Assembly: GCA_002104905.1 (NCBI GenBank)
Contig: MCFE01000330.1
Coordinates: 1-64,000 of the forward strand
Length of the DNA: 64,000 bases
Direction of reading: 5' to 3'
From: Basidiobolus meristosporus CBS 931.73
Taxonomy: Eukaryota > Fungi > Basidiobolomycota
The notes under the pieces are model-generated. The model did no database searches. It was not told the DNA's origin and worked only from the letters and a program-made list of their open reading frames with translations. Positions 13,549-25,816 of this stretch are shown here, in pieces. The translations under genes and the position numbers were made by a program. Position 1 is the first letter of the stretch; every line of letters starts with the position of its first letter.

Positions 13549-15313
13549 TTTAATGTCAGAAGGGCAACTGCAGAAGCGATGTTTGGGCTGATGAGGAATG
13601 GTACGGATTCGAATAGGTGGGGGTGCAAGGTACTTATACTGCTGAAACCCATCGGCTGTTCAGCTCATGAAACGTCGTAAATAAACCATATAGAATAGGT
13701 ATACTAAGAATAATATACAGCGAGTGTTTATGAATAGATCATCCGAAGGACAATTAATAAAATTATATTGCCCCTTGTGTAAACAAGTGAAGATGTGCTA
13801 ATAATCGGCCTTCTCTGGACACTCGCCTCGTTAGCTTCCACAAGCCAGTGCACAGCCTTCCATTCCCGTTTGCAAAGCTGACAATTAGTCCAAAATCGGG
13901 CGTAGCAACACTTGCTTTTGGATAGAATCTGTTATACACTTGGGCTAGTTGCCCAGCCTTCGCAAGCCAACTTGTTCCTTGTGATTATTGTGAGACATGC
14001 TACTTTGATTTCTCTGTAATCTATCCATCTTGGTACCCGGCTATTTGAATTACTTGACCATTGTGATAACATATTGTATTTGGGCCGCATATAGTCCTGC
14101 AACGGAGTAAAGATGATCGGCTAATCTGGTGGCTAGGGATTGGTCTATACACCATGATATCTGTGCTATTGTTGGTGGTATATAGGGTTAAATAAGATCG
14201 AATCCAGTGGTTGTTTCACAAGTTCCATCCATCACATCAGTGGTGTGATATACATAGAAGGAATGCAGAAGATTGAACCTGGGTTCCTTATGCTCACCCA
14301 CCAAACATGTCATCAAGGAACGGATACCTGGAAACCCATCTGGTCATTTAAACTTATTAAGAAAACACATGACGGTGCAAGCGATAGCAGCCTTCATGGT
14401 GCACGCTTCTTATGGATTCCATTCGGGACTAATTTGGTATTGGAAAAGCACTTGTATAACAGTCTTCAGGAAGGTCACTTGGGTGCCGTCAAGAATATCA
14501 GCCTGTTGTAGTCAAGAGCAGCCCGAATAACTCTTCGGGGCATCGCAGTCGTTTGTATGGTGGGGAGCCTTCGGTGATAGACAACGTACGCCTAATCATA
14601 TTAGTTTTCTCATCATGTGTCATCGAAACCAGATGGTAGCTGAAACAAAGTTGAATAGGAGTGGGTAGGCAGCATCTAAAATACCTCGTAGTGTTTGGCA
14701 CCCCGAGCGAAGTGTGTATGCGGTCTGGAACAAATATCGTAGCATACAGTTGTCAGAGAGGTTGAATGTGTTTAGTCAGAGGTGACTATTAGTGTATCGA
14801 ACAGGGCATTGTTCATGGTGGCAATATGGTCCACAATTACACATGTATATTATCATATCTGGTCCGGGTGATTGTTGATTACTGGGGTTAGCCTGATGCC
14901 TAACTCACAATGGCAATATGTGACTTGGAAATAGTATGGCTACTGTAGATATTGCCATATATATTAGTCGAATCAGACTCTAGCTTTCCAGAATTTTAGC
15001 ATAATACTGGCATGTAAGCAGTGCTGTCGGTTCCAGGGATTCCTATTGGGCAGGACTTCAAAGGGGCAGTCTTGCAGGGAGTGCCAATGGGTTCAGATCA
15101 TCCGGTAGATGTAGTCTCCTGTCTTTGTCGTCATTTGATCAACTACTATTAGGTGACCTATTTCAACCTAAAGTTTAGCATATATCCATTTCTATTCTAA
15201 ATGCGCCTACTCCTTAATTGTGAAAGTACTCTTCCCTTTTTCCTTCCCGTTTCTTTTTCCCGTGTAAGCAGTTTCCTAAGCCTTCTGTCATACCTCTATT
15301 CGACTCAACGAGG

Positions 15314-15670
15314 ATGTCTTTTATCTCTCCACTTTTCGGATCGATTACTTCGTTTGTGCACGATTACTTCAAGGAATTCACAGCGCAGCCACAGACTACC
15401 ATAGAAAAACTAGACCTCGACTACGAATTGATTTCAGCAGTGTTTACCTTGGTAGCGCTAGGAACCGGTTTATTAGTAACCTACAAGCTTATCCAACGTA
15501 CCATCTGGCTAGTACTAGGGGGGTTGAAACTTGGTTTTTACGCATTTTTGACTGCACTCTTTCTTTACTGTTTCATGGAATCAGAATGCAAATACTCTGA
15601 AGGTCCATTCGGTTTCTTTGCAAAAGAAGAGGTGGTAGAGCAGAGCGACTGGTTTCTACCGTGGAATTAG
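15314..15670 (+). CDS. Hypothetical 118 aa membrane protein with two predicted TM helices
   Basis: Clean ORF after a pyrimidine-rich leader, with two hydrophobic stretches (LISAVFTLVALGTGLLVTY; IWLVLGGLKLGFYAFLTALFLYCFM). No family recognised with confidence. Confidence 0.6.
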   Translation: MSFISPLFGSITSFVHDYFKEFTAQPQTTIEKLDLDYELISAVFTLVALGTGLLVTYKLIQRTIWLVLGGLKLGFYAFLTALFLYCFMESECKYSEGPFGFFAKEEVVEQSDWFLPWN

Positions 15671-16160
15671 CCCACCTGGGAGCGCAAACAATCGCCCTGT
15701 TTTGCCTTCACTTTGTCAACTCGTTACATGTATACATTCTGCTTTGTTTCTTTTGCTGGCAAAATCATGTCTATGTCCTAGGATAGGGACTCGTAAACCC
15801 CACAGAGATGGTTCTGCATATATTACGTTGAAGTATAATATAAACATCAATTCCGTGGACTTTGGGGAGCCTACCATCGACATTGACACGGAGGCATTTG
15901 GCGCCAAGTGAATGGGTGAAACTGAGTACTTGCGAATCAGCTGTTAAGTGGCTATCATGGTTTTTGGTGGTCCAAAGCCCCTAATGAATAGAACAGAAGC
16001 CTGAGTTATCAATTGCCAATCGAGCTCGTACTTTTATTGAGTCGCTTTCAATATGGAATTTACATGTATTAGTCTACAAAATTCGTGCCACTAACTCCAT
16101 AGTTGGATGATTCTAATCGTCCAGCTCAGTGCAAGAAGGGCAGTTTTATGGTATGAGAGA

Positions 16161-17165
16161 TCACTCGTTATCCTGAAGGATCCACCAGGCCCTTCCGGGC
16201 GCATCATTCTCCCATGTGTCTACACATCCAACACCGTGACCATGCGGAGTATTGATTCCACATCTGCCAACAATATACAACGTGGTGCCATTCGGTCCAC
16301 CGAATTCGATATTGGACGGGAAGGTGAAAGTGGTCTTGATAGAAGCCAAAATATCGCCGTTGGGGGACATCTTTAAGACTTCGCTTCCACCGTTGCGGGT
16401 CACAAACAAATTCCCTTTAATATCGGTTCGCATTCCGTCTATGTCAATATGTTGGGTCTGGATCTTGAGGAAGTCAAAAAACACTTTCTTATTAGACACA
16501 GCTCCAGTGGCTGGATTTACATCATATCGCCAGATCTTGTTACTAACTGGAGCACCATTTCGATTCGCTGCTTCAGACAGGTAAAGATACTTGTCATCTG
16601 GACTGAGTTCAATCCCATTTGTGCGACCCAAGGTCTCCAGTCTTTGAGGCACTCCGGCAGGAGAGCACACCCACAAGTCGCCATCTCCTGCTTGGTTATT
16701 AGGTTTCCATTTGGTCCCCGACAGAAACAGGAGGCCTGCCCTAGAAAGGGCCAGGTCATTAGGTTGGATCATGTCAGGGCTAGCGCAGAAGTTCTTGGAG
16801 GTTATGTCGTCGTCATTAATCGTTAGCTCGACTACGCGATGGTTAATATAGTCGGCTGCATAGGCAAAGGTTTTATCGTCCTTCACGAAGAACCGTATTC
16901 CGTTAAAGGCTGTACCCTTTGCAGTTTTATCTTCGTAAAACAACTCCTGAGGGGTCACCTGGCCAATGGTTCCCACCCGCGCTGAATTCCCGTGGTTTAC
17001 TGCAAAAATGTTCCCCTCATCATCCACAGCTGTGCCTTCGATGAAAGGGCCAAACTGTGAGTTGATCGCGTCCACCAAAGGTTTTGCCGGGTACTGAGTG
17101 ACAGCCGCATTCACGGTCAGGGCTGTTGCCACCAGAAAAATCGACTTGGACTTTAAAAACAGCAT
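16161..17165 (-). CDS. Secreted SMP-30/gluconolactonase/LRE family protein, paralog 2 (intronless)
   Basis: Colinear with 12550-13548 over its whole length. Same motifs: IEGTAVD, QPNDL, GRTNGIELSPDDKYLYLSEA, DIDGMRTDIKGNLFV. Signal peptide present. Confidence 0.9.
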   Translation of the reverse strand: MLFLKSKSIFLVATALTVNAAVTQYPAKPLVDAINSQFGPFIEGTAVDDEGNIFAVNHGNSARVGTIGQVTPQELFYEDKTAKGTAFNGIRFFVKDDKTFAYAADYINHRVVELTINDDDITSKNFCASPDMIQPNDLALSRAGLLFLSGTKWKPNNQAGDGDLWVCSPAGVPQRLETLGRTNGIELSPDDKYLYLSEAANRNGAPVSNKIWRYDVNPATGAVSNKKVFFDFLKIQTQHIDIDGMRTDIKGNLFVTRNGGSEVLKMSPNGDILASIKTTFTFPSNIEFGGPNGTTLYIVGRCGINTPHGHGVGCVDTWENDAPGRAWWILQDNE

Positions 17166-20100
17166 TGCTATGGATGAGGAAGGAAGGTTAAGGGAACAAA
17201 GGTTAGTCTGGTGAAGGGGGGTTACTTGTTAATGAAGAGGATTCAGAGACTGCGACTCTTATATACGCCCATGGATTGTTTGTTATCCTTTATCCAGGAG
17301 CCGGTAACCGGATTCTGTAGAATGGCATATTAATGGTTAATGGAAGGATTCATCTCAGACTTGTCCATTATGTGAACGGATGTAAGTGCTAGGTGCTGTG
17401 CGTTCACATCTGGATTCTCCATGGATCACCGGACTGAAGCCTAACATGCAATCTAGTTCTATATTCAATCATCCGTGCTAAACAGCAGGGTTGGTAAGTG
17501 CTCATTCACATCAGGCTACATCCTCAGAGCGGAGTATTTCTACTCAATTATCAAGGTGCATGGTGTATTCTGGCCATTCAGCGCACCAATTCAAACTCTA
17601 TTAAGGATAAGCTTATTTCCATCTCAGATGTTACCCCTCTACAGTCCCGCCTTGTCTTAGTTTGCTGGCTGAACCAGATTGGGTGGATTTGCCTCGCCAC
17701 CGTCAAGCTCCTTAAACCGAGTCGACACCCACTTTGCTTGAGTGTTGCCACTCCACCAACAAGGGGTTGATCCGGGGATTACGTCATGCCTTACAATCCA
17801 ACCAAATTGTTTAGAGTCCATTCACCATTGCTGTAGGCTGAGGAAACAATCCGTTGATACATCTCGCAATCGCAAGAACATATTGAGAGCCCCTATGTGG
17901 AAGCCACCCTATATATCCTTCCTAATAATTGTGCACACTCGACCAATTTCCAATCCATACGTAACCATTTTATGAATAGGAGGAATAGACAGATCCAGAT
18001 GCGGGAATCTTCTATTGAAACATAGAATGATAGCGATTTCTCTTTTCAATCCACATTGTATCGGGAACAATATGGGAACTGGCTGTACTATCTTCCGTAA
18101 GTCCTCTACTTCTCCATAGCTAGGTAATGACCGCAATTTCCTATACCCTCCCACTGGATGGATTGGGGTTCTACTTGGACTGACATCCCTTCACAATCAG
18201 GCAATGAGTTGAGTTAACTTCCTGGATAGCCACATACCCAGTTACAATTCAGATGCTCGTTTCTGGGGGCTGCTCAGGAAGCGAAATAGGGCTCTTCCCA
18301 TGGATATGTAGCTGCCTATTTTGGTATTGCTGTAACCACCTGCCTGGTAACTTTCGAGGCAAGTGTAATCAAAGACTTGAAGAGCACTCCACCTATTCTG
18401 GAGACATATTGGGCGGAGCCCTCTTTGAAGGACTGTTCGCCACACCCTCTCGTGCTGAGCCTGGACTAAGATACATCGCCCATCTACAACAATCTTGATC
18501 CCGATTGGAATTTTCGTGGTGACTTGCATGAGAATGTAGCTTTCTGTGCTTGGTAAATTAGTTAATATATAGGCGTTTCATATCTGCTGGATTCATTTCT
18601 TTCTAGATTTGCCACCAGAATAGATCGGTCAGGCTTAGAGAGATGCAGCCACCGGTATGGTGGTCTGGTTCTGCAAAAGCGCATATCCCACTAACATAAT
18701 GCTGGCTTCGTTGCCTGCATGATTCATAAGAGCGCCTCAGTGTGCATAGGGCCAGCTACTTCTATTGATTAGTAATATCCCCCGAAATATGCCGGAGTTT
18801 GAATGCCATCTTTCCCCAAGTATCTTGCAGCTACTTTGGGAGGGTCCGGCCATTAGAATCCAACTTGCATCGATGCCGGTACATGGGCCTTTCTAGGCGT
18901 AAGAATTACAGATGTCCATTTATGTTGTAAGCCCATCGGTTTATCATCTGCTTCTAATGGCAGTGAAGGCATAGACTGGCCAACTCTTCACTCCAATCTA
19001 TATCAGGATGGTGCGCTGCCCATGAGTGTGAGAGAGATGTACCAATAAATAATCAACGAATACGCGTCTTTATATATCTGACTCATGTTTTGTGCGATTA
19101 AATAAGTAGAGCATTGTATATACATTTCCGTACCCATCAAGCCTCATTCCTCAGGGTAAGCAATGACAGAAATACCGGTTTACCAAGATACCGGAGTATT
19201 AGGAGGCGGAAAGTTGGAATACGTGCCAGATGCTTGTCCAAGTTGATGGCAATCTCACGAACGAATTTTACCGCATACGAAACTACTTCAGTGGCGAAGA
19301 TAGCTCATACTTTTGTTCTGTGGGGCTCCTTGATGTATGGCTGCGCAAGCCAGATGCATTGATGTCGTAATTAATCGTGATTACGTCTAGTTATGGAGAA
19401 CTTGCAAACCCTCAACATCCAACTCATCCAAGATATATGTGCGGAGAGTGCATAGATACTATTGCCAATGGTGCATGCTAAAATAGATTGATCAACAACG
19501 TAAAGACCTTCTCAACACTGATGGCGGAAACAGACATGTATGTAGGTATGCAGCAATCGCTGTATCCGCTAATCAAACTACATAAAATGCCTAAATTATA
19601 AAGCATTGGATAGGCGTCCATTTGAAGAATCAGAATCAAACTGCACTGCATTTGCGGGAATTTGTACATGATGGATTCCTACCACAGAGTTGATGCCAAT
19701 CATTAAGTGCAATGTCATCCTTGTAAACAATGGCCAAGTTGGCATCACAGTCATGACATTTCATTGAAGTATTTTTCCATGGTGATTGTACCCGAAAAAT
19801 CCCCCTATCAATTATTGGCACAGTTTTGGCTGATAATTCAATTAGCTGTACCTCGATGGTAGCTGAATGTTCATGGATCTGTCATTTTGTTGATGTTGGG
19901 CAAGGGCTTGCATAGACTATTAGCAGACTTCTGGTATTGGTTCTTCAGATATGCTCCAAAGGAGGCACAAACATCACTATGTGGTACCAACCTTCATCTA
20001 CTGAAACGCATGAATAGGCAACATGAAGGTTAGCTTTGCTAATGGTTGCCCATAGTACATTGGTCCAATATCCACCACATGATCCGCCAAGGCGCAAGTG

Positions 20101-20836
20101 CGATCGAACCGAGATGATGCCATTCCCTCAAATACCAAGAAACATTTCCAACACTTCGTGGGAATCCTCACAACTTACCAACTACCTTTCGTCAGTCGAG
20201 ATATTCCAATCAATTGCTCCTGGTAAGGGTCATGGTCTCAGGGATGGCGGCGCTTGCGCTATAATTCGGCGAACATCTCACCGAAGCAGTAGGCAATGGC
20301 TTTCATTTCATGAGACCACCCCGAGAATTAGCGTAGGTGATTCTCGTCTCCGGCAAAATATACGCGAGTTCAAACCACCGTTATTAAAATGAATGCGTCT
20401 GTAAAAAGCGCTTGCACCAAACGCAGAAAACATCATCAAGTGGCGACTTGGCGAGATCTATGATCGGTTTGTTTGCGATCGCTCTCCATGGTCCCGATTT
20501 TCACATCACAAATCTCCCTCAATGTATGGCCATCAACAATATGCCGCAAGACGGATCCAGGATCCTAAGTATGTCGATCGTAAGGCGTCCAGATATGCGA
20601 TTGGAGGTCCAAGAATGGTAGCATTGATGAAATCCATCGTTGCAGAAAACATGGCGAAGATCCTGCGTTCGACATGGCAATTCGTAAACAGGATGTCCCC
20701 CTGGTTTGAGTCATCATAACATCAGTGGCCATCCGAAATCCACATGAACAACCCACTCTTGTCTCAGGCCTATATAAACGAGAGGCCCGATTCACAGAAC
20801 AGACAGTAGATTTCCTTAGATTCCTAGACATCGTAA

Positions 20837-22040
20837 ATGCTTCGCAATTCTGCAATTGCCCTCTTGGCTGCCGCAACCCTCTTGTCAGCGGCCGTGGTAT
20901 CCTCTTCGGCCGAAGGCACGAACTCCACATCTCTTCCTCCACCTTATGTCGAAAAGGAGGAGGCTGAGTTGCAACGGTTGTACCAAGCGGCTCTCAAGGA
21001 GGGTGGGCTCGTCAACGTCTTTGCTGGAGGGGACAGGAAAAATGCCATGGCGCATATGGTCACCGCATTCGAGACGAAATTTCCGGGGACAAAATTGAAC
21101 ATCACTGTGGATCTCAGTAAGTACCACGATGCGCTGATCGACAAACAACTCGCCCGAGGAGGTGATGCTCTTGAACCCGATGTTGCCCACCTCCAGACGT
21201 TACATGATTTCCCGAAGTGGAAGGCCCAAGGCGCTTTGCTCCAGTATGTATTGTCTAACGTCCTGTCCCTGTCCCTGTCCCTGCCGCAGCCCACTCACTA
21301 CGCTGTGTCCCTTTAGGTACAAACCTGTAGGCTTCGATCACATCCATGACCCTTTCAAGGATCCGGAGGGCTACTACTGGGCCACGAGTATTTACTTTTT
21401 CACCAACATGATCAGTAAATCGGTGCCTGAGGACCAGAGACCGATCGAGGCCGCGGACTACCTGGCATCCGGGCTACAAAATGGCAAGATCATGTACACC
21501 TATCCGAACGACGACGACGCCGTTCTCTACCAATTCATGCGCCTCATCCAACAAAACGGCCTGGAATGGTTCAAAGGCTTCCTCGCCCAAAAGCCCTGGG
21601 TGGTTCGGGGAACCAACACCCCTGGTTTCTACGTCAGGAACGCGACCGTACTGAGCAGTTTCACCACCATGGGCAACCTGAGACCGAGTGCGAACTGGAC
21701 CGCCATCACCGTCGTGCCCAAAACCACCTTCTTCCAATCATGGTCCCAGTTCGGGGCTATCTTCACCCATGCCAAACATCCTGCCGCTGCGAAGCTCTAC
21801 GTCAGCTGGCTGACCTCCTATAACGTGCAGAAAAACCTCATGACTGCCTCGTGGTCCCAGCGAACGGACGTTCCCTTACCACCGGGTATGAGGCCCATCT
21901 GGGAGACCCCAAACACCGACCCTATTGGCTTCCGGGATTACATGATGAACCGCACCAAGGTTGCGGAAGACAAGGCGTTCATCGAGAAATGGGTGGGTCC
22001 GGTGCAAGGAGTATCCCCGTTGGACTTGACCTACAGTTGA
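20837..22040 (+). CDS. Secreted ABC-transporter-type substrate-binding protein (Fe3+/thiamine/polyamine periplasmic-binding class), 376 aa, 2 exons
   Basis: Exons 20837-21243 and 21317-22040 join in frame (73-nt GTATGT..TTTAG intron, ...LLQ|YKPVGFD). Signal peptide. Class II SBP-like motifs LYQAALKEGGLVNVFAGGD, VDLSKYHD, DVAHLQTLHDFPKW, YPNDDDAVLYQF, AIFTHAKHPAAAKLYVSWLTS. Confidence 0.85.
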
Positions 22041-22510
22041 GCTGTTCAGCTATGCCACCAAAAAAAGTATTAGTAATAAATCGGAGTTCAGTCATGATTA
22101 AGAGGGTCCATTGCCATCCTGATGTCAGCAGTCAAGAAATAGTGCGATGCATATCGAGTCGTCGGTAAGCCCTGGTAACCAGCTGATTGGTAAAGAGGGT
22201 TGTTAGTTGAGCCTACGGAACAATTGTCGCTAGATTTCGGCTCTCTACACTCCACCAATCGGTTACCACCGGGATGATTGTTTCTTCCATGTGCCGGTGG
22301 GAGCGAGTGGATTCGCGTTGTGCGTGGTGGAGTGTGCTTAGGGGTCCGCGCAAGTGGCCAGGGGTGCGGCGTTCGGGAATTCTTAATACGCCCGGGAGGG
22401 GATTGATCAGGTTGGGGAGCGGATCGCCCATAAATGTCATCAATCTGGCATATGCACATTGACATGGATGGTGTCATTATTTGATCGGATTCCTTGGCGG
22501 GTTGTGTGCA

Positions 22511-23225
22511 CCCTATGAGAAATCGCCAACTTGGAACTCATCTGATAAGCTGCTTGTGTTGTAAAGGTATTTTGCTGGCATTTTGCTGGTGTTTTTCCTT
22601 CAAATTTTTCGTTGAACTACTTTGTGGAAGCAGTAGGTAGCTGATTACCAAATTTTGTGTGAGTACTGGTGGACCTAGTCTCCTCCTAGAAAATACATCT
22701 GCTTGTCTGCCAAATAGCTAGTACCTGAGATGTTGAGAGTTGTAAGTTTAGAGGAACTTGACATTTGCTGATATTATGATGTCATTCCAATGGCCTTTTA
22801 TTGAAGTTTTTTGCTTAGGGGCAGTGTGATTATATCCTTTGGAGTATACCATGAAAAACCTGGTAATACACCTTGCATCCACCTCTGCTTTCACTTCCAC
22901 CCTTGCTTCCTTCCTTAATTGATCTGGACCCTAAGTTGGGTATACAATGAGCAACCTGGTAGTGGGAAATCCAGTAATTCTGGTTTGGAAATGGTGCAGC
23001 CTCTGAAGAGAGGCTATTCATATTTGTACTCATTGCTACTACAAGTAGTAATTCCAGACGTACTATGTTGCTCCACAAGCCTCTGAACACTTAACACAGC
23101 AAAAAGTGCACAGCATCTAATACTCTACTGGTGTTTTTCTTTCAAGCTTTTAGATGCAATTCTTGATGGTAATGGTGAATTGATAATTACCAAAATATGG
23201 TATCAATGCCAGCTGGCCTAGTCTT
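22511..23225. mobile_element. Degenerate CMC-EnSpm/CACTA-like terminal sequence (begins CCCTATGAGAAATC), with a partial second copy at ~23128-23225
   Basis: Aligns by eye with 30391-30660. It is a CpG-poor island inside the genic half and carries a GCATTTTG(A/C)TGG subterminal motif also seen in the relics at 31 kb and 34 kb. The superfamily call rests on the C(A/C)CTA terminus only. Confidence 0.5.
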
Positions 23226-23530
23226 GGAAACCAAGAGGAATCTGACAAGTTCCATCTTGGAGACCATTCAGAGGAACCACGGACATACGTTTCGAAGTGA
23301 AAAAGACTCCCTGATGCGTTTGGTTCACTCAACAGGCGATGCAATACAGTATCATGAGCAGTATCATACATTGAAAGCAACCAAGCCTTATCCGTATCCT
23401 TCTCTACTTGTGACAAGTTTTCCCATTCCTTCATGAGCTCATGCCATTTGTTTATGGTTGATTGCCCAGGTGCACAGATCGCAAAGATTGAGCCGGCACC
23501 AAGTGCAACGGATGTGCGCTTACTACTTCG
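23225..23530 (+). pseudogene. 3' fragment of the F-box-like/ankyrin-like gene family (copy 1)
   Basis: LETKRNL..ILETIQ..FRSEKDSLMRLVHSTGD matches METRRRLVLETLF..YRSEKDYLMDLIHSTGD near the C-terminus of 25817-27541. Confidence 0.7.
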
Positions 23531-23973
23531 ATATGGTAAAGAAAAAAAGAAAATCTCATCATGATTTACCTGAAAAAAACTAACTATGCACCTTTGATAA
23601 AACACGACCAGTCTGTTGAAGATGTGTATACTCAATATGCTTGGAAAATATTATGCGCTACTCTACAAAAACTATCACATAACACCTGTGTTGTTGTTGG
23701 CTCTGGCAGTTTACCATCAAGTTTATTGCTTTTTACAGCTGATTATGATTCCTCGTAGTATCTGCAATCTTATACCCAAGTTTATTTAGTCGACTTCCAT
23801 AACGAAGGTTCAAACACAACATAATTCACCAAGATTGCAATATGGATGAGGCATAGTCGTTGTTGTGGAATACATTCTAGAAATCCTATTGGTGCACCGA
23901 AAATCAACATATATGTACTCCCTCCCGGATTCATTGATCCATTCAAACAAAAAGAAACCGAACACATCTAAGC

Positions 23974-24720
23974 ATGTCCAGTCTTCAGGATTTAACAAAG
24001 TCTTTGAAACATTCACTATCTATGGAGATACAAGAAATCATACTTTTCTATGTTGGAGATACAGTTTTATATTTCAACTTCGAAAAATCAGATTGTTGCT
24101 TCGAAGAACTGATCATTTCCCAGGGCGGGCCAGGGTTCGTTATGAAAAAGGCAATCAGAAGGGCCCACGAGTCGCTCCTCGGTTGCCCTAGGTTAAACGG
24201 AGAAGAACTTATCGCAGCGCATTTTCAGAGCAATATTATTGCTGAATCCACCGCTCCTTTCGGTAATAAGCTACTTTCGCCGCCAGTAAAGGCCTTAATA
24301 AAGATCCCCTCGTATCGGAGGAAACATATCGGAATTTAGCCCTCAAATATGCTGAAGAAGCATGTCTTGTCATTGATCACCAGAGCATGTGCAATCTTGA
24401 TATTCTGCTCAATGATCTACATAATGTACATGCTGAATATGATTTCTTTGCAGGCATCGCGGTCTTGTAAAAGTAAGGATATCAACGGAACAGTATTTTT
24501 TGCTTGTTGAGAAATGGTTACATTCGGAATGAAAGGGGCTACCTACTAGGCTTGTTGCGGCTAAAATTGGAAGTGCCATATTATTGAGATTTGTACTGTA
24601 CCTTTGAGCGCGATCATACTGGATTGGCTTCTTTCTCTACTTGCAGTGATTTTTCTCGTTCCTTTATGTCAACTGGCATTCACTATCGCACCATTTTCCC
24701 AGACGGATAGATCCCAAACC
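23974..24720 (+). pseudogene. Internally deleted, frameshifted copy of the F-box-like/ankyrin-like family (copy 2)
   Basis: MSSLQDLTKSLKHSLSMEIQEIILFYVGD..QGGPGF matches the N-termini of the intact copies. It then jumps to CPRLNGEELI (~100 codons deleted), frameshifts at SEETYR, and ends with CTFERDH..SDFSRSF. Confidence 0.8.
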
Positions 24721-25816
24721 TAAAGCTTGAGTTATGGACAAGAAACATGCCCTTACCCTTTCCTTCACATAACCCAGAATGATATGCCAAGAGGAATACG
24801 GGTCATCCATTCCGTAATAGATTGAAGTCAGTTGTATGTGGGGCTATATATCATTGTACTGTGAATTCAGTTTTCCAGAAAGATCAAAATCACTGAAATC
24901 AATGCATAATGTTTATCTATTTATGCTTCAGTTTCAGTGATTTTTTTCCACTCATTAACTCGTAGAGTTGTTTTCGAAGAGATTCGGAGGAAAGGTGTAG
25001 CAAGTGATGGTGCGAATCCAACATCTGGCTCGGCAAAAATTGAGTGCTGTGTATTTAAGTGGACTTCATATAGATGTTACCAGTAGCGATGGAAAATGCT
25101 GAAAGTAAAAGGATCTGGAGAATAAAAATCCCTTATTTAACTGCTTGCGTATATTCACACATCAACCTTTGAACAATATTACTTTGTAGTAAACCTCAAG
25201 ACTATAGCGGCAATTTGGTCTAAAACTTCCGTAAGAAATCTGCTCAGGATGCTGGTATTCATTCTCCAGTAGTAACATGAGCTTCAATAAAAAACCAGGT
25301 TGCATGCAACTGATCATGCAGGCATATTCTACAACTTGGAGATGCCCTATTGACCAAGTCCAGTCAACAGTTCATTCACTTGAGGTTTCCATGCTCCACT
25401 ACAGAAATGAAAGAAAGATCGCTATGGATTGCCGTACTACATTGTGCTTCACTGGCGAGCACCATAATGGTGAAACACGATACATCTAAATAAGCCTGAT
25501 GCTTAGCCAGGGTTTTAATCGCTAGACACGCAATCGAAGTATCTTAGACTTTCTTTGAATTCACCGCTTATAATCAAGGCAAGTCTTTTTCACTACATTC
25601 GTCCCACCAATAAAAGTTAATCATTCCAACAATGAGAGTTGATCATGCCACCAATAAGAGTCTATCATGCCAAACGGCTAGCTGGTGTGCATGATTGATG
25701 GCCAAGACCTCTTATGTATTTAAATGGCAAATACCCGAGGCAGAACACAGACTAAGGGCTCCTTTCGAAACTCCTAAATCTAGGCAGCACTTACTCAAGG
25801 AAGAGGCGCGTAGAGA

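Noticed and set aside
14245-14760. Possible Tc1-like (SFVWWGAFG..RTP) or integrase-like (EGHLGAVK) remnants
   Set aside because: Single short motifs without supporting neighbours or termini.
19636-19821. CxxC..H..C pattern resembling a BIR domain
   Set aside because: Spacing does not match the BIR consensus, and the ORF is short and isolated.
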